Shown piece after piece: positions 52,107-62,452 of a stretch of DNA of 64,000 nt. Source of the DNA: an uncultured Chthonomonadaceae bacterium (GTDB lineage: Bacteria > Armatimonadota > Chthonomonadetes > Chthonomonadales > Chthonomonadaceae); assembly GCA_963817895.1 (NCBI GenBank), contig CAWFQB010000014.1:448001-512000 (forward strand). The letters run 5' to 3'. The first letter of the stretch is position 1, and every line of letters begins with the position of its first letter. The notes beneath the pieces were generated by a model that searched no databases, had not been told where the DNA came from, and was given only the letters and a program-made list of their open reading frames with translations. The position numbers and the translations under genes were made by a program.

Positions 52107-53445
52107 TAATCGCTTTGGGGTTCGCGTTCTGAAAATCGTTTTGTAGTTTCCGCCTGTCCATCTTTTCGCCGTTTACAAATACCGCATGAATCTGGCGAAC
52201 GTTGCGAATATCCTGAAGCGGGTTCGCATCCAGCAGGACGCAATCCGCATAGCGTCCCGACTGAATAGTTCCCACCTCTTTTTCTTTTCGCAACACCTGC
52301 GCGGCGTAGCCCGTTGCGGATAGCAGCGCGTCTTTTGGCGTCAGTCCGGCCTCCGTTAATAGCTGTAGTTCGGCCAGCAGTCCGGCTCCCGGCAATACCC
52401 AGGGCGCGGGCGTATCCGTTCCGGCGATCAAACGCGCGTTGTTTCGTTTCAACTCCCTGATTAGTGACAAAAACTGTGTTCGGGAACGTCGGGCGCGGGC
52501 AAAATCCTGCTGTTTCCAGCCTTTGGTTCCGATAAACTCCCAGTACGGGTCGTGCCAGAAACGTTTCCAGCCATCAGGAACCGTTGCCCACCCGCCGTAG
52601 GTTTTGGCGGCTCCCGCCTGTCCCTGCCAGGGCAGAATGGCAACCGCAAGCGTGGGCGTAATGGCGACATGGTGACGGGTAATCGCGCCAATCAATTGCC
52701 GCGTTTTTGCGCCATTCAGATCTACTTCCGGTACGCCCGCAAACGTTTTGCCGTATCCTTCCGGCGTGTGGGGCGGCAGGACGCGCAGTTCCTGAAACAG
52801 CGTGGTAACGTGTTCCAGATTGTCAATGCCCTCGTTTGCCGCGAAACTCGGCAGCGTGGCTGCCAGATGCGCCGTCACGGGCAGGCCGCGACGGTGCGCC
52901 TGCGCGATCACCGCCCGCGTCACGTCCGGTTTCGCCAGCACATACAGTTTCACGCCATCCACGCCCTCCGCCTGCATCGTGTCGAGCAGTTGCGGAACCT
53001 CCCGCGCGTTTTTCACGGCCACTGCGCCCCACCAACTCGGCTTGCCCTCATCAATGTTGCGCCCCATCCAGTAGATGCGAGGTATGGCTTCCGATTTGCC
53101 GCGTTCCCGTAACGCCTGTATGGTTTTCAGGTTCGAGCCGACATCGCGCACACTCGTAACGCCGTACAGAACAAACGTTCCCGGCGTCAGAACCTCATCC
53201 AGATGGACGTGCATATCAATCAAGCCGGGTATCAGCCATTGGCCCCGCGCGTCCACAATCCGGGCGTCTGCCGGTATCGCAACCTGCCCTCGCCTCCCGA
53301 CCGCCGCAAATTTTCCGTTCTGCATCACAACAACGCCGTTACGAATGGGCGCTTTGCCCGTGCCGTCAAAGATATTTACCCCGATTATTGCCGTTGGCGC
53401 ATCCATGACCGGCAGCGTGAACAGCCTGCATCCAGGCGATAACAA
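52090..53445 (-). CDS. Amidohydrolase family protein
   Basis: LIPGLIDMHVH, VTAH, LEH, AGTDTP, GTIQSGRYAD. Confidence 0.88.
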   Translation of the reverse strand: MLSPGCRLFTLPVMDAPTAIIGVNIFDGTGKAPIRNGVVVMQNGKFAAVGRRGQVAIPADARIVDARGQWLIPGLIDMHVHLDEVLTPGTFVLYGVTSVRDVGSNLKTIQALRERGKSEAIPRIYWMGRNIDEGKPSWWGAVAVKNAREVPQLLDTMQAEGVDGVKLYVLAKPDVTRAVIAQAHRRGLPVTAHLAATLPSFAANEGIDNLEHVTTLFQELRVLPPHTPEGYGKTFAGVPEVDLNGAKTRQLIGAITRHHVAITPTLAVAILPWQGQAGAAKTYGGWATVPDGWKRFWHDPYWEFIGTKGWKQQDFARARRSRTQFLSLIRELKRNNARLIAGTDTPAPWVLPGAGLLAELQLLTEAGLTPKDALLSATGYAAQVLRKEKEVGTIQSGRYADCVLLDANPLQDIRNVRQIHAVFVNGEKMDRRKLQNDFQNANPKAIKSLSQ

Positions 53446-53644
53446 GCAACATCCAGAGTGACATTCATTTTCCTTTCACTTCTGCGAGACTTTTTTGGAG
53501 GTGGAATTTTCAATGTAGCCCCTCCAACATTCCCCCGCAACATTACGACTTCCCCATCCGTAACAAAAACCGTTAGCCTACGTCTATATCTGTATCCGCA
53601 ACTTTGCCAACCCTCTCAATATGATTTATTCAGGAGCCGCATCA

Positions 53645-55872
53645 ATGCAATCCCGATGTTTGCTCATCGCGCTGGCCGGAACGTGCCTGCTGCCAACAGC
53701 CGTATACGCCGACTCGCCGGAAGAGCAACTTGCCGCCGCGTCCGCGCTGTATGACGCCCATAAATACGATCAGGCCGCGCAAAAACTGGATGATTTCGTC
53801 GCGCAAAATCCCAAACACGCCAAAGTGGGCGTCGCCGCGTTCGTCCTGGGCCGATGCCGAACGGAATTAAAACAGTATCCGGCCGCCATGGCCGCGTACA
53901 ACAAAGCCACTTACGACAAAGACCCTTCGATTGCAACGCAGGCGGAACTCGGACTGGCCGACGCCGCCATGCAGACCAATCAGTACGATAAAGCGGTCGC
54001 AGCGCTTCAGGAAGCCGTGAAAGGCTCGCTTGAAGCCGGAACAGGCCGCAGTCGCGTGGTACTGGCTTGGCGAGTCCGACTATAATCTCAAAAAGTACGG
54101 CGCGGCGCGGGACGCTTACGATAAAGTCGCCAACGATTTCAGCAAAACCGATCTGGCGTCCGGCGCGTTATACGGCGCGGGATTGTCGGCCTTGCAGGAC
54201 GGTAAGCCCAACGACGCCAAACAGCGCTTTCGCAGCTCTGGCGGACAAGTACCCGCGCAGCAATCAGCGAGGTTCCGCCCTGCTGTATATCGCGCAGATA
54301 GATTTGAACGCCAAAAACACGAATGGACGCGCGGCAGGAATTTGAAACCCTGCTGCGCGACCAGAACGCGCTGCAAAGCAATCCCGGCCTGCGCGCCAAA
54401 GCCGAAGACGGCCTGATTCAGTGCCTGCTGGAAGCCAAAGATTGGGAACACGCCGCGCCCCTGCTGGAAGTGGCTGTCAGCCGGTTGGGACAGGACGACC
54501 CGCAAAAGTACCGCGCCGCCATGAGCCTGGGCAATGCCCGCTATCAGCAGATGCAGTACGACCGCGCCCTCAACGCTTATCAGATCGCCGCGCAGTCCAA
54601 AGAGGATACGGTTGCCGCGCAGGGTTTGTACTGGTCGGCAAACGCCCAACTCGGCCTGAAACGTCCCAACGAGGCCGCCGCGCAGTTCGCGCAGGTCGTA
54701 TCCCGCTTCCCCAAAGACAAACTTGCCGCCAAAGCGCAACTACGCGCCGGGCGACGCGCTTTCCGAAGCCCAAAAACCTAAAGAGGCGACGGTCGCGTAT
54801 CAGGCGGTCGTGGACAAATATCCGCAGTCGCCCGAAGCGACACAGGCGCGTAAAAACATGGGCGATATGGTCGGTTCGCTGGACGATCCCGCGCAGATTC
54901 TTGACCGCCATCAAGAACGCGCCGCCTGAAGCGAAAAACAAAGCCATGCTGCGCGTGGCCCGTTTGTATCTTACCGGAAAGAAAACGCCCGAAGCTATCA
55001 CGGTCCTCAACGATCTGATTAAAAGCAACCCCGCGCCCGAAATCGGCGGGGAAGCGCAGTACCTGCTCGGTCTGGCGTACGACTCGCAGCAGAAAACCGC
55101 GCCTGCCGCCATCGCGCTTGCCGAAGCCACCCGGCTTACGCCCCACGCGACATGGGCATTGGACGCCGATACGCGCCTTGCGGAACTTTATCTCGACCTG
55201 AAACAGCCGGACAAGGCCGAAAAAGCCGCGTCCGCCGCCCTTGACCTGAAACCCGAAGAGCAGGCAGGGCAACAAATCCGGTTGACGCAAATACAGGCGC
55301 AATTGGATCAGAAAAAATGGGACGAGGCGTTTGCCAATTGCCAGACGGTTCTTGCCAATCATCCCACCGCGGAAACCACAGCGACGGCGCTGTACACCCA
55401 GGCCTGGGTCCGCGACAAACAAAACAAGCCCGATGACGCGCTTCTTCTCTGGGACAAACTCGCCAGCGAGTATCCCAAAAGCGAGTATGCAGCCGAGGCC
55501 CTGCTGCAACTCGGAGACGCGCGACTAAAGGCGGAAAAATATGCCGAAGCCCAGGACAAATACTCGCAACTCCTCACGAACTTCCCGAAAAGCCCTTACG
55601 CGCCCGAAGCCCGCTTCAAGCGGGGCAGCGCGCTGTTCAATTCTGGCAAACCGGAGGATGCGGCCGCTGATTTCCAAGCCCTCGCCGACGACAAAACGGC
55701 GGGCAGTTACCAGTCGGAGAGCCTGTATTGGGCGGGTGTCGCCCTTGATAAAGCGGGTAAAAAGGATCAGGCGATCCAACGGCTGACCGCGCTCGTCACG
55801 CAGTACCCGACTCACGCCCGCGTTCCCAACGCCAAAATTCGCCTCGCCGCGCTGAAAGCGGTGAATAACTGA
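53645..55872 (+). CDS. Exported long TPR (CpoB/BamD-like repeats) protein, frameshifted
   Basis: Signal peptide and continuous TPR repeats (..YP.S..A..A) across ORFs 53621, 54030, 54067, 54323, 54723 and 54421. Confidence 0.85.
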
Positions 55873-55977
55873 CAATTCAGGGAGTAGGGAGCGGGGAGTA
55901 GGACAATGCGCGACTTGAACAAAACCTTTCCTACAACCTACTCCCTAAAAACTACTCCCTCCTTTTGAGGAACCCGC

Positions 55978-56612
55978 ATGAAGTTACTCGACCTATTCAA
56001 CGAAGCCGACAAAGTGAAATATCCGCTCGGCCTGTTTTCTATTCTCGCGCTTGCAATCATACTGGAGCGCGTGTTTACCCTGTATGCGGCTGAAAACGCT
56101 GGAAGATCAGGCGTTCCTGAAATTGCAGGCCGGACTGGAAAGCGGCAACACCGGTATTGTCAATGATCCCCAACTCGCCGCCGCGCCCGTGACGCAGGTA
56201 ATGGGCGATAGTGACGACGCTGCGCGGGGCGAGTCGGGAGAGCCTGCTCAATGCATCCGAAGTGGCGATTGCGCAGCAGCGGTTGCGTCTGCGCCGCTAT
56301 CTCAGCACTCTGGCGACGATTGGCAGCACCGCTCCCTTTATCGGCCTGTTCGGAACCGTGCTGGGCGTGTTGGGCGCGTTCAAACAGATGGGCCAGGCGG
56401 GGCAGGGCGCGATGGAGGGCAGCGCGGTGGCAGGACAGATTGGAACCGCTCTCAGCGCGACTGCTCATCGGCCTGCTGGTTGCCATTCCCGCTGTTATCG
56501 CGTACAATTACTTAGTCGGCTTAGTGCACGGTCAATGTGCTGCACGTTTCCGGCCACGTTTCGCGCCTGCTTCCCCTGCTGGAAACACCGCATGATCTAC
56601 GCGCCGCCGTGA
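55978..56612 (+). CDS. exbB: MotA/TolQ/ExbB proton channel protein (frameshifted)
   Basis: [45 protein letters not shown]. Confidence 0.9.
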
Positions 56613-56642
56613 CCAACGGGCGGGCGCATCAGGAGGTTTGAC

Positions 56643-57062
56643 ATGCACGGCGGCAACAGCAACGAAGACGAGCCGATGGCGGAAATGAACCTGATTCCGC
56701 TCATTGACATTGCCCTGACCCTGCTCATTATTATGATGGTGACGACCGCGTTCGTGCGCAAGCCGGGCGTATCCCTGAAACTGCCGGAAACCACCACCCG
56801 CGAAGGCGCGGCGGAGATGAGCAAGGATCAGACCATCTATATCGGCCCTGACGAAAAACTGTACATGAACGGCAAACCCGTCAGCGATCAGGAAGTGGCG
56901 AACACGATGAAGCAGGTTGCCACTTCCAACAAGGAAGCGCGTATTCTTATTAAGGGCGACCGCGCCATCCGCTATGACCGCGTGATGAGCGTGTTCGACA
57001 TTGTGCGGCAGGCCGGCCTGACCCGCGTGGTTCTGCCGACCGATCCGAAACTGCCGCATTAG
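56643..57062 (+). CDS. exbD: ExbD/TolR biopolymer transport protein
   Basis: EMNLIPLIDIALTLLIIMMVT (conserved Asp); IKGDRAIRY..VMSVFD. Confidence 0.92.
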   Translation: MHGGNSNEDEPMAEMNLIPLIDIALTLLIIMMVTTAFVRKPGVSLKLPETTTREGAAEMSKDQTIYIGPDEKLYMNGKPVSDQEVANTMKQVATSNKEARILIKGDRAIRYDRVMSVFDIVRQAGLTRVVLPTDPKLPH

Positions 57063-57200
57063 TTGTTAGTTGTTAGTTGTTAGTTGATAGCCGAACTACT
57101 CTGTTCTTCCTTCTCTTTGCGCGATTACAAGGGTTGCCCGTGCGCTGGTCTATCAACTCTCAACTAACAACTAACAACTCTGAAAGACTGGTAACACGAA

Positions 57201-58885
57201 ATGCGTATCGAACGCTGGTACTGGATCGTTGTATTCTGCGTGATTTCGCTGTTCGCGCACTTCAGTTTGAAGTATGTGCAGGCGTCGCTTGTTCCGACGG
57301 GACATGTCACTCCGGCTTCCACCAATCTGGAGGTGACGCTCGCGCCGCCGGACCCGGTTGCGCCTGCGCCCAGGGCGGTCGAGGCAAAGCCTGCGGAACC
57401 TACGCCCAAACCCGAAACGCCGGAGCCGAAACGGGAAGAAACCGTTACAGCGCGGACGCCTTCAGCGGAACACGACACCAACTTTCATAAGGCTGAAGAT
57501 ACGCGGCATGTGCGCCTGACCGCCGCTTCGCAGGAAGAAAATGCGCTGCCCGACATCAAGAAGGTCGCGCCTGATCCGGTCGGCGTTCAGGATGAGGATA
57601 AGATCACCAATGAAGCGCCACCGGCGGGGCTTCCCAACGCGCCCAAAAGCAACCTGTCGCCGCGCATCGCCAATAACGCGCCCAAAAGCCTGACGGTTCC
57701 CACGGAAGCGGCGGGCGGCGGTTCGTTCGCGCCCGACAAAACCATGACGGGCAAAAACGGCGCGGCGGGTCCTGAAAGCCCTGTGGAAGACGTGGTTTAT
57801 GCCGGGGGCGGGGCGGGGGGCGAAAACCTGCCCAAAGCGCCCGCCAAAGTGGGCGGCGGGGGCGGCAACTCGATTATGACGGTGGAAAACCTCGCTTGCG
57901 AAAGCGGCCATTCCCGAAGACAAACCCGGACTGAATTCAGGAACCGGGAGGCGGCGCGGGAACGGGCGGCGGGGGCGGCATCGGTTCGCGCATCGGCAGA
58001 AGCAACGGCACGCGCCAGAACGGATTGGACCGAATTGCCAGCCTGAACAGCAAACCGGGTAACGGCATCGGGGCGGGTTCGGGCAGCGGGCAGGGTACAA
58101 AGGCTCCCGGCGGCGGCAAAGGCACGGGCGCGGAAACGCCCGGAACCGGGGGCGAAGGCGCGGGTTACGGCAAGGGCGCGGGAATTGACATCGGCGAGGG
58201 CAAGGCCCCACACGGCGAAATGGCGGCCTGACTCGCGGCATTCCTTTTGGTGACATTGTGGGCATGCTGGGCAAGGGCAAACCGGAAGGCGGCGGCAGTG
58301 GCGGGCCGGGACGCGGAGGCGTTTTTGGACAGGCGCCGACGATACGGGGTGGCGGCGGCGGCAACATCCACATCATCTATCTGCTGGACACATCTGGCAG
58401 CATGAAAGAGTTCGGCAAGATATTCAAGGCTCAGGATGCGCTGAAGCGCGCTCTTGCAGAACTACGCCCCACAGATACGTTCAATGTGATGAACTTCGAC
58501 AATTCCGTCCATGTTTTTTCGCCGGATATGTTGTCCGCAACTCTGGACAATAAGACAGAAGGCGTTTCTCTACATTGATAACCTTCAGCTTGATCCGTAC
58601 ACCAACCTTTCCTCGGCCATGGAAAGGGCGTTGCAGGAGCCTGCGGCGACGCATATTTTCATTATGTCCGATGGTGAACCACACAGCGGCATTGAAGATT
58701 TTGAGCAGTTGAAAGCCTTCGTTCGCGCCAAAAACACGCGGGGGGTGGAGATTGACGCGCTGTTTCTGGGGCTTGGCAGACGCTTCGAGATTGGTATGCG
58801 GCTTCTCAGCGGCATTGCGAAAGAAAACAACGGCGCTTTCAGAGCTATCAACATGCTCGATGAGACTGTCATTCCGGGCAGATAA
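57201..58885 (+). CDS. TonB/TolA-like membrane-anchored Pro/Gly-rich protein with C-terminal VWA domain (frameshifted)
   Basis: TM helix with SxxxH (SLFAH), Pro-rich then Gly-rich linker, MIDAS LLDTSGS / TNL / MSDGEP across ORFs 57201, 58025, 58258 and 58511. Confidence 0.75.
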
Positions 58886-58977
58886 AGGGATCAGGATGTC
58901 AGGTATCGGGCAGCAGGTGAGTTCGCTGACCGGGCAAGTTTGATTCTCTACAACGACTTTTCGTTTTTGTGCTGATA

Positions 58978-59014
58978 AACAGCGCACAGCGCGTATATTA
59001 CGCTGTGCGCTGTT
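58978..59014. terminator. 14-bp inverted repeat after the VWA gene
   Basis: aacagcgcacagcg-N9-cgctgtgcgctgtt. Confidence 0.55.
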
Positions 59015-59164
59015 GCTTTATGGAAAACACGTCTTTCGGGCAGGAACAAAACGCGGCAACATCGAATTGGTAAATTCATCGCGTTCAATCATAAAACAGC
59101 ATCCGAATACCGAACACCAAACACCGAATACCGAAATATCAAAATATGAGGAGATTCTTGTTCT

Positions 59165-59560
59165 ATGTCGCAGCAAACAATCTATGTCGTGGATGATGAG
59201 CCGCTGATTTCCCGTCTGGCGCAGGTAAATCTGGAACGCGCTGGCTACAAGGTGCTGACCGCTCTGGATGGTATGGAAGCCTTGCAGTCGCTGCAATCCG
59301 GGCAGGTGAAGCCCGACCTAATTTTACTGGACGTGATGATGCCGTTCATGGATGGTTTTGAACTGATGGACCAGTTGAAAGTGGATTTTCAACTGCAATC
59401 CATTCCCATCGTTGTAATGACGGCGCGTTCGAGAGATGAAGACATTCTGATGGGGAAAGAACTCGGAGCGCTACAGTACCTCACCAAGCCCATCAATCCG
59501 TCAGAACTGATCAGCACGGTCAATGGCATACTTAAACCCGCTGGCGAAGCCACGCCATAA
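59165..59560 (+). CDS. Single-domain response regulator
   Basis: VVDDE, LLDVMMP, MTA, YLTKP. Confidence 0.93.
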   Translation: MSQQTIYVVDDEPLISRLAQVNLERAGYKVLTALDGMEALQSLQSGQVKPDLILLDVMMPFMDGFELMDQLKVDFQLQSIPIVVMTARSRDEDILMGKELGALQYLTKPINPSELISTVNGILKPAGEATP

Positions 59561-59579
59561 ACTATGAGTAGCCCCTCTC

Positions 59580-59747
59580 CTAGTAGTCCGTCAAGGTAGA
59601 ACAGTCAGGTAGGGGTTCTGCTTGCTGCGCCCTCTGCAAGCGGTTGCTGCGCCTTGTTTGAGGAGGGTTCCGCCAACGTTTGAGGAGGGTTCAGCAAGCA
59701 GAACCCCTACAACCGTACCCTAAACTTCTACGTTGACGAAGTACTAG
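59580..59747. mobile_element. MITE with 22-bp TIRs containing a REPIN, inserted in a palindromic repeat
   Basis: ctagtagtccgtcaaggtagaa / ttctacgttgacgaagtactag; CTAG at both ends. Confidence 0.8.
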
Positions 59748-59790
59748 CGCGTTGCGCGGCAAGGAGAGGGGTTAGGGTGAGGTAAATCTT

Positions 59791-60879
59791 TTAGCGGGCA
59801 GCCTGTTCCACTTTTGTGGGCGTTGCCTGTAGCGTAAACTGCTCGATAATGTTGCCATCCGGCTCGACGGCGCGGAGAGACATGGTATCGCCGTTCACGT
59901 TGATCTCGCAATGATGGTGTACCATTTTTGCCTTCTTGATGTAGGGCGTATCCGGTGTCACGCTGTACAGGGGAGCGCCGCCACCGCCTGATACCACATA
60001 CGTAATGCCATGCGCGACATGCCGCTGATAGTCGTGGTCGTGGCCGTTGAGAACCAACTGCACATGCCCCTCCTGCAAAATCGGTTCCAGCCGTTTGGCG
60101 CGTTCCAGCAACTCGGCGCGGCGTCCGGGCTTGTCCACACAGGTATGTACCGTATGGTGGAAGAATACAACCCGCCACTTCGCGTTTTGATGCGCCTGTA
60201 AATCCTTCTTCAGCCACTCCTGTTGCGCCGCAAATTCCGCTTCCGGGCGGTTGCTGTCCAGCGCGGTAAAGTGGACATTGCCGTAGTCAAACGAGTATTC
60301 CGCCGGGACGCCGAAATAGCGGAAATACGGCGCGCCCTCCCGCTCGTGGTTGCCCAGACTCGGATAGTACGCGGTTTCGCTTAACGCCTTGCCTGCCACC
60401 TGCCAGAACTCATCCCAGTGCGCCTCGTTGTTGCCGTCCGCCACCTGATCGCCCGTTTGTATCACGAAATCCGGCTTGAATTTGCTCATGCTTGCCAGCA
60501 CCGAAGCGTGTACCTGCGGCTGCGTTCGATTGTCGCCATACGCGACGAACTTGAAAGGCTGACTGACGGGCGCGGCCGTGATAAACCCGCCCGATTTTGT
60601 CGCGCCCTCGCACGTTACCGTGTACGCATAGCGCGTATATGGTTTCAGGCCGGACAGCAGAACGCGATGGTAGCGCGTCGGCGCAGCGTCCTTGCCCGCT
60701 GCTTTCCCATCCGCGAGTGTCACCGTTCCAGTCGTCGGCGTGTCGCTAACCCAACACACGGTTATGCCCGTCGCAGTCGGCATCATCAGGTACGGCCCCT
60801 TGTCAATCCCCGTCGCCTGAGCAACCCCGCACAAGACAAGAAGAAATACCACGGCTGCAATTTGAAACGAATTTTTCAT
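59791..60879 (-). CDS. Secreted purple-acid-phosphatase-like metallophosphoesterase
   Basis: FN3-like N-domain; YGD, TGD, GNHE, FHH, NGHDHDYQR. Confidence 0.9.
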   Translation of the reverse strand: MKNSFQIAAVVFLLVLCGVAQATGIDKGPYLMMPTATGITVCWVSDTPTTGTVTLADGKAAGKDAAPTRYHRVLLSGLKPYTRYAYTVTCEGATKSGGFITAAPVSQPFKFVAYGDNRTQPQVHASVLASMSKFKPDFVIQTGDQVADGNNEAHWDEFWQVAGKALSETAYYPSLGNHEREGAPYFRYFGVPAEYSFDYGNVHFTALDSNRPEAEFAAQQEWLKKDLQAHQNAKWRVVFFHHTVHTCVDKPGRRAELLERAKRLEPILQEGHVQLVLNGHDHDYQRHVAHGITYVVSGGGGAPLYSVTPDTPYIKKAKMVHHHCEINVNGDTMSLRAVEPDGNIIEQFTLQATPTKVEQAAR

Positions 60880-60922
60880 TATCACTCCATTCAAGAAGTT
60901 TCCATGAACTTCACTCGCCATT

Positions 60923-61127
60923 CTAGTTTACCGTCAAGGTACATGAGTTAAGTAGGGGCGTTGCTTGCTGCGCCTTTTTAGGGGCGTTGCTTGCTGCGCC
61001 TTTTTAGGGGCGTTGCTTGCTGCGCCTTTTTAGGGGCGTTGCTTGCTGCGCCTTTGCTTGAGGAGGGTTCAGCAAGCAGAACCCCTACAACGCCCCTATC
61101 ATTCTACTTTGCCGCACAACGCGCTAA
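60923..61127. repeat. MITE/REPIN with the left REP amplified four times (26-bp tandem)
   Basis: (taggggcgttgcttgctgcgcctttt)4 at 60953..61055, then agggttcagcaagcagaacccctac. Confidence 0.8.
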
Positions 61128-61151
61128 GATAAGTGCGGGGTGAGGTACAAC

Positions 61152-62138
61152 CTACGGCGTGAGTTTCAGCAGGTAGCTGTTCTTGTCATCGAAGTAGCAC
61201 GTCCAGACGGCGTGGGTTTTAGTGTCCACTGTCAGAGTGTGCGAACCTTTGGGAGTGGTCACTTTACCGAGCGATTTGATGCCGTCTTCCGTTTCCTGCG
61301 CGATGGAGATGGCGCCCTTGCAGGCGCAATAAATGCGCTGATTGCCCGGATCGAATGCGATCTGATCCACGCCCTTTTCAATGTCTATAGACGAGAATAC
61401 TTTGCCCGTTTTCAGGTCAATGGCGACCAGTTTGCCGTTGCTGCCTGCGGAAAACAACTTCTGCGTTTTGCCATCAATCGCCAGTCCATGCGGGCCGACA
61501 GCGGGCGCGGTATCGAAGGTTTTTTCCACTTTGTTCGTTGCGGGATCAATCACCTGAACCGTGCTGTTGCTTTTGATGTTCTGGTAGATGCGGTCGCTGG
61601 TTCGGTCATATTCCAGCTTTTCGGGCGCAGTCGGAATTTTCACCGTATCCACGATCTTCTCGGTTTTGGGGTCAATTACCCACACATCTTCGCCATCATC
61701 GTGGTCAGCGTAAATCATGCCGTTCTTCGGGCAGTACAGCACATCGTCTACCGGCCCGGTTACGGCAATCTCCCCGGTTTTCTTCAATGTGGCATAGTCC
61801 AAAATGACGACTTTGTGCTCCACGTCATCGCCTAAAAATATTTTATTGTCCCGGCGGTCAATGCCAATGCCCTGCGCGGTTCCCACTTCGGGCGAAGGCA
61901 GAGCCGTATCCGTTTTCAAATCCACAACGGCAACGCTTTTGGTTCCCTTGTGCGTGGCAAACACGCGCTGCCCGTTGCCATCCACGCGCATCCAGTCAAA
62001 ACCGCCCGCGCCGCCCGCAATCATAATCGGCTTGCCTGCGGTCAACACAGGCGCATCGGCAGGCGCGGCAAACGAGCGAAACGCGGCAACGCCCAACAGG
62101 GCGGCGGCAATCAATGTAACTTTTCGGTTTGAAAACAT
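61152..62138 (-). CDS. YncE/YVTN-type beta-propeller secreted protein
   Basis: Signal peptide; GGFDW; repeated V.VID.KT motifs; GSHTLTVD. Confidence 0.85.
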   Translation of the reverse strand: MFSNRKVTLIAAALLGVAAFRSFAAPADAPVLTAGKPIMIAGGAGGFDWMRVDGNGQRVFATHKGTKSVAVVDLKTDTALPSPEVGTAQGIGIDRRDNKIFLGDDVEHKVVILDYATLKKTGEIAVTGPVDDVLYCPKNGMIYADHDDGEDVWVIDPKTEKIVDTVKIPTAPEKLEYDRTSDRIYQNIKSNSTVQVIDPATNKVEKTFDTAPAVGPHGLAIDGKTQKLFSAGSNGKLVAIDLKTGKVFSSIDIEKGVDQIAFDPGNQRIYCACKGAISIAQETEDGIKSLGKVTTPKGSHTLTVDTKTHAVWTCYFDDKNSYLLKLTP

Positions 62139-62184
62139 GAAGTGTCCTTTGTTGTGTTAAGCTAATCGCGCGAACGATGTAATG

Positions 62185-62362
62185 TTACTGTTCGCCGCGC
62201 TTCTTGTGTTCGGCATTGAGGGCTTTCTGCTGCGCCGACATGCCGCTGTTCATCTCATCGCCGGGTTTATCCCCCATCTTTTGCGACGAACAGCCGGAAG
62301 TGATTATTGCGCAAAACAGAAGTAGAATCAGAGGGCGTAATCTTGCGACAGATTGAGTTCAT
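62185..62362 (-). CDS. Small putative lipoprotein (one frameshift)
   Basis: MNSICRKI.. joined by a frameshift to LILLLFCAIITSGC-SSQKMGDKPG...KRGEQ*. Confidence 0.5.
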
Positions 62363-62452
62363 AAGTTGTTCACTCCAGTACGAAGACGATGCAGGCGCAA
62401 GCGCGGCGTGGAAGCGAAACAATTTGCTTCCACGCCGCGCTGATATTTGTCA

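Noticed and set aside
1..58885. Many split genes (GH78, DUF1552, argC/J/D/F/G, TPR, exbB, VWA) read as pseudogenes or programmed frameshifts
   Set aside because: Scattered 1-nt indels in otherwise conserved genes, with little other decay and no consistent slippery motif, fit uncorrected long-read error better.
60953..61055. 26-bp repeat x4 as a CRISPR array
   Set aside because: Repeats are contiguous with no spacers, derive from a REP, and no cas genes are present.
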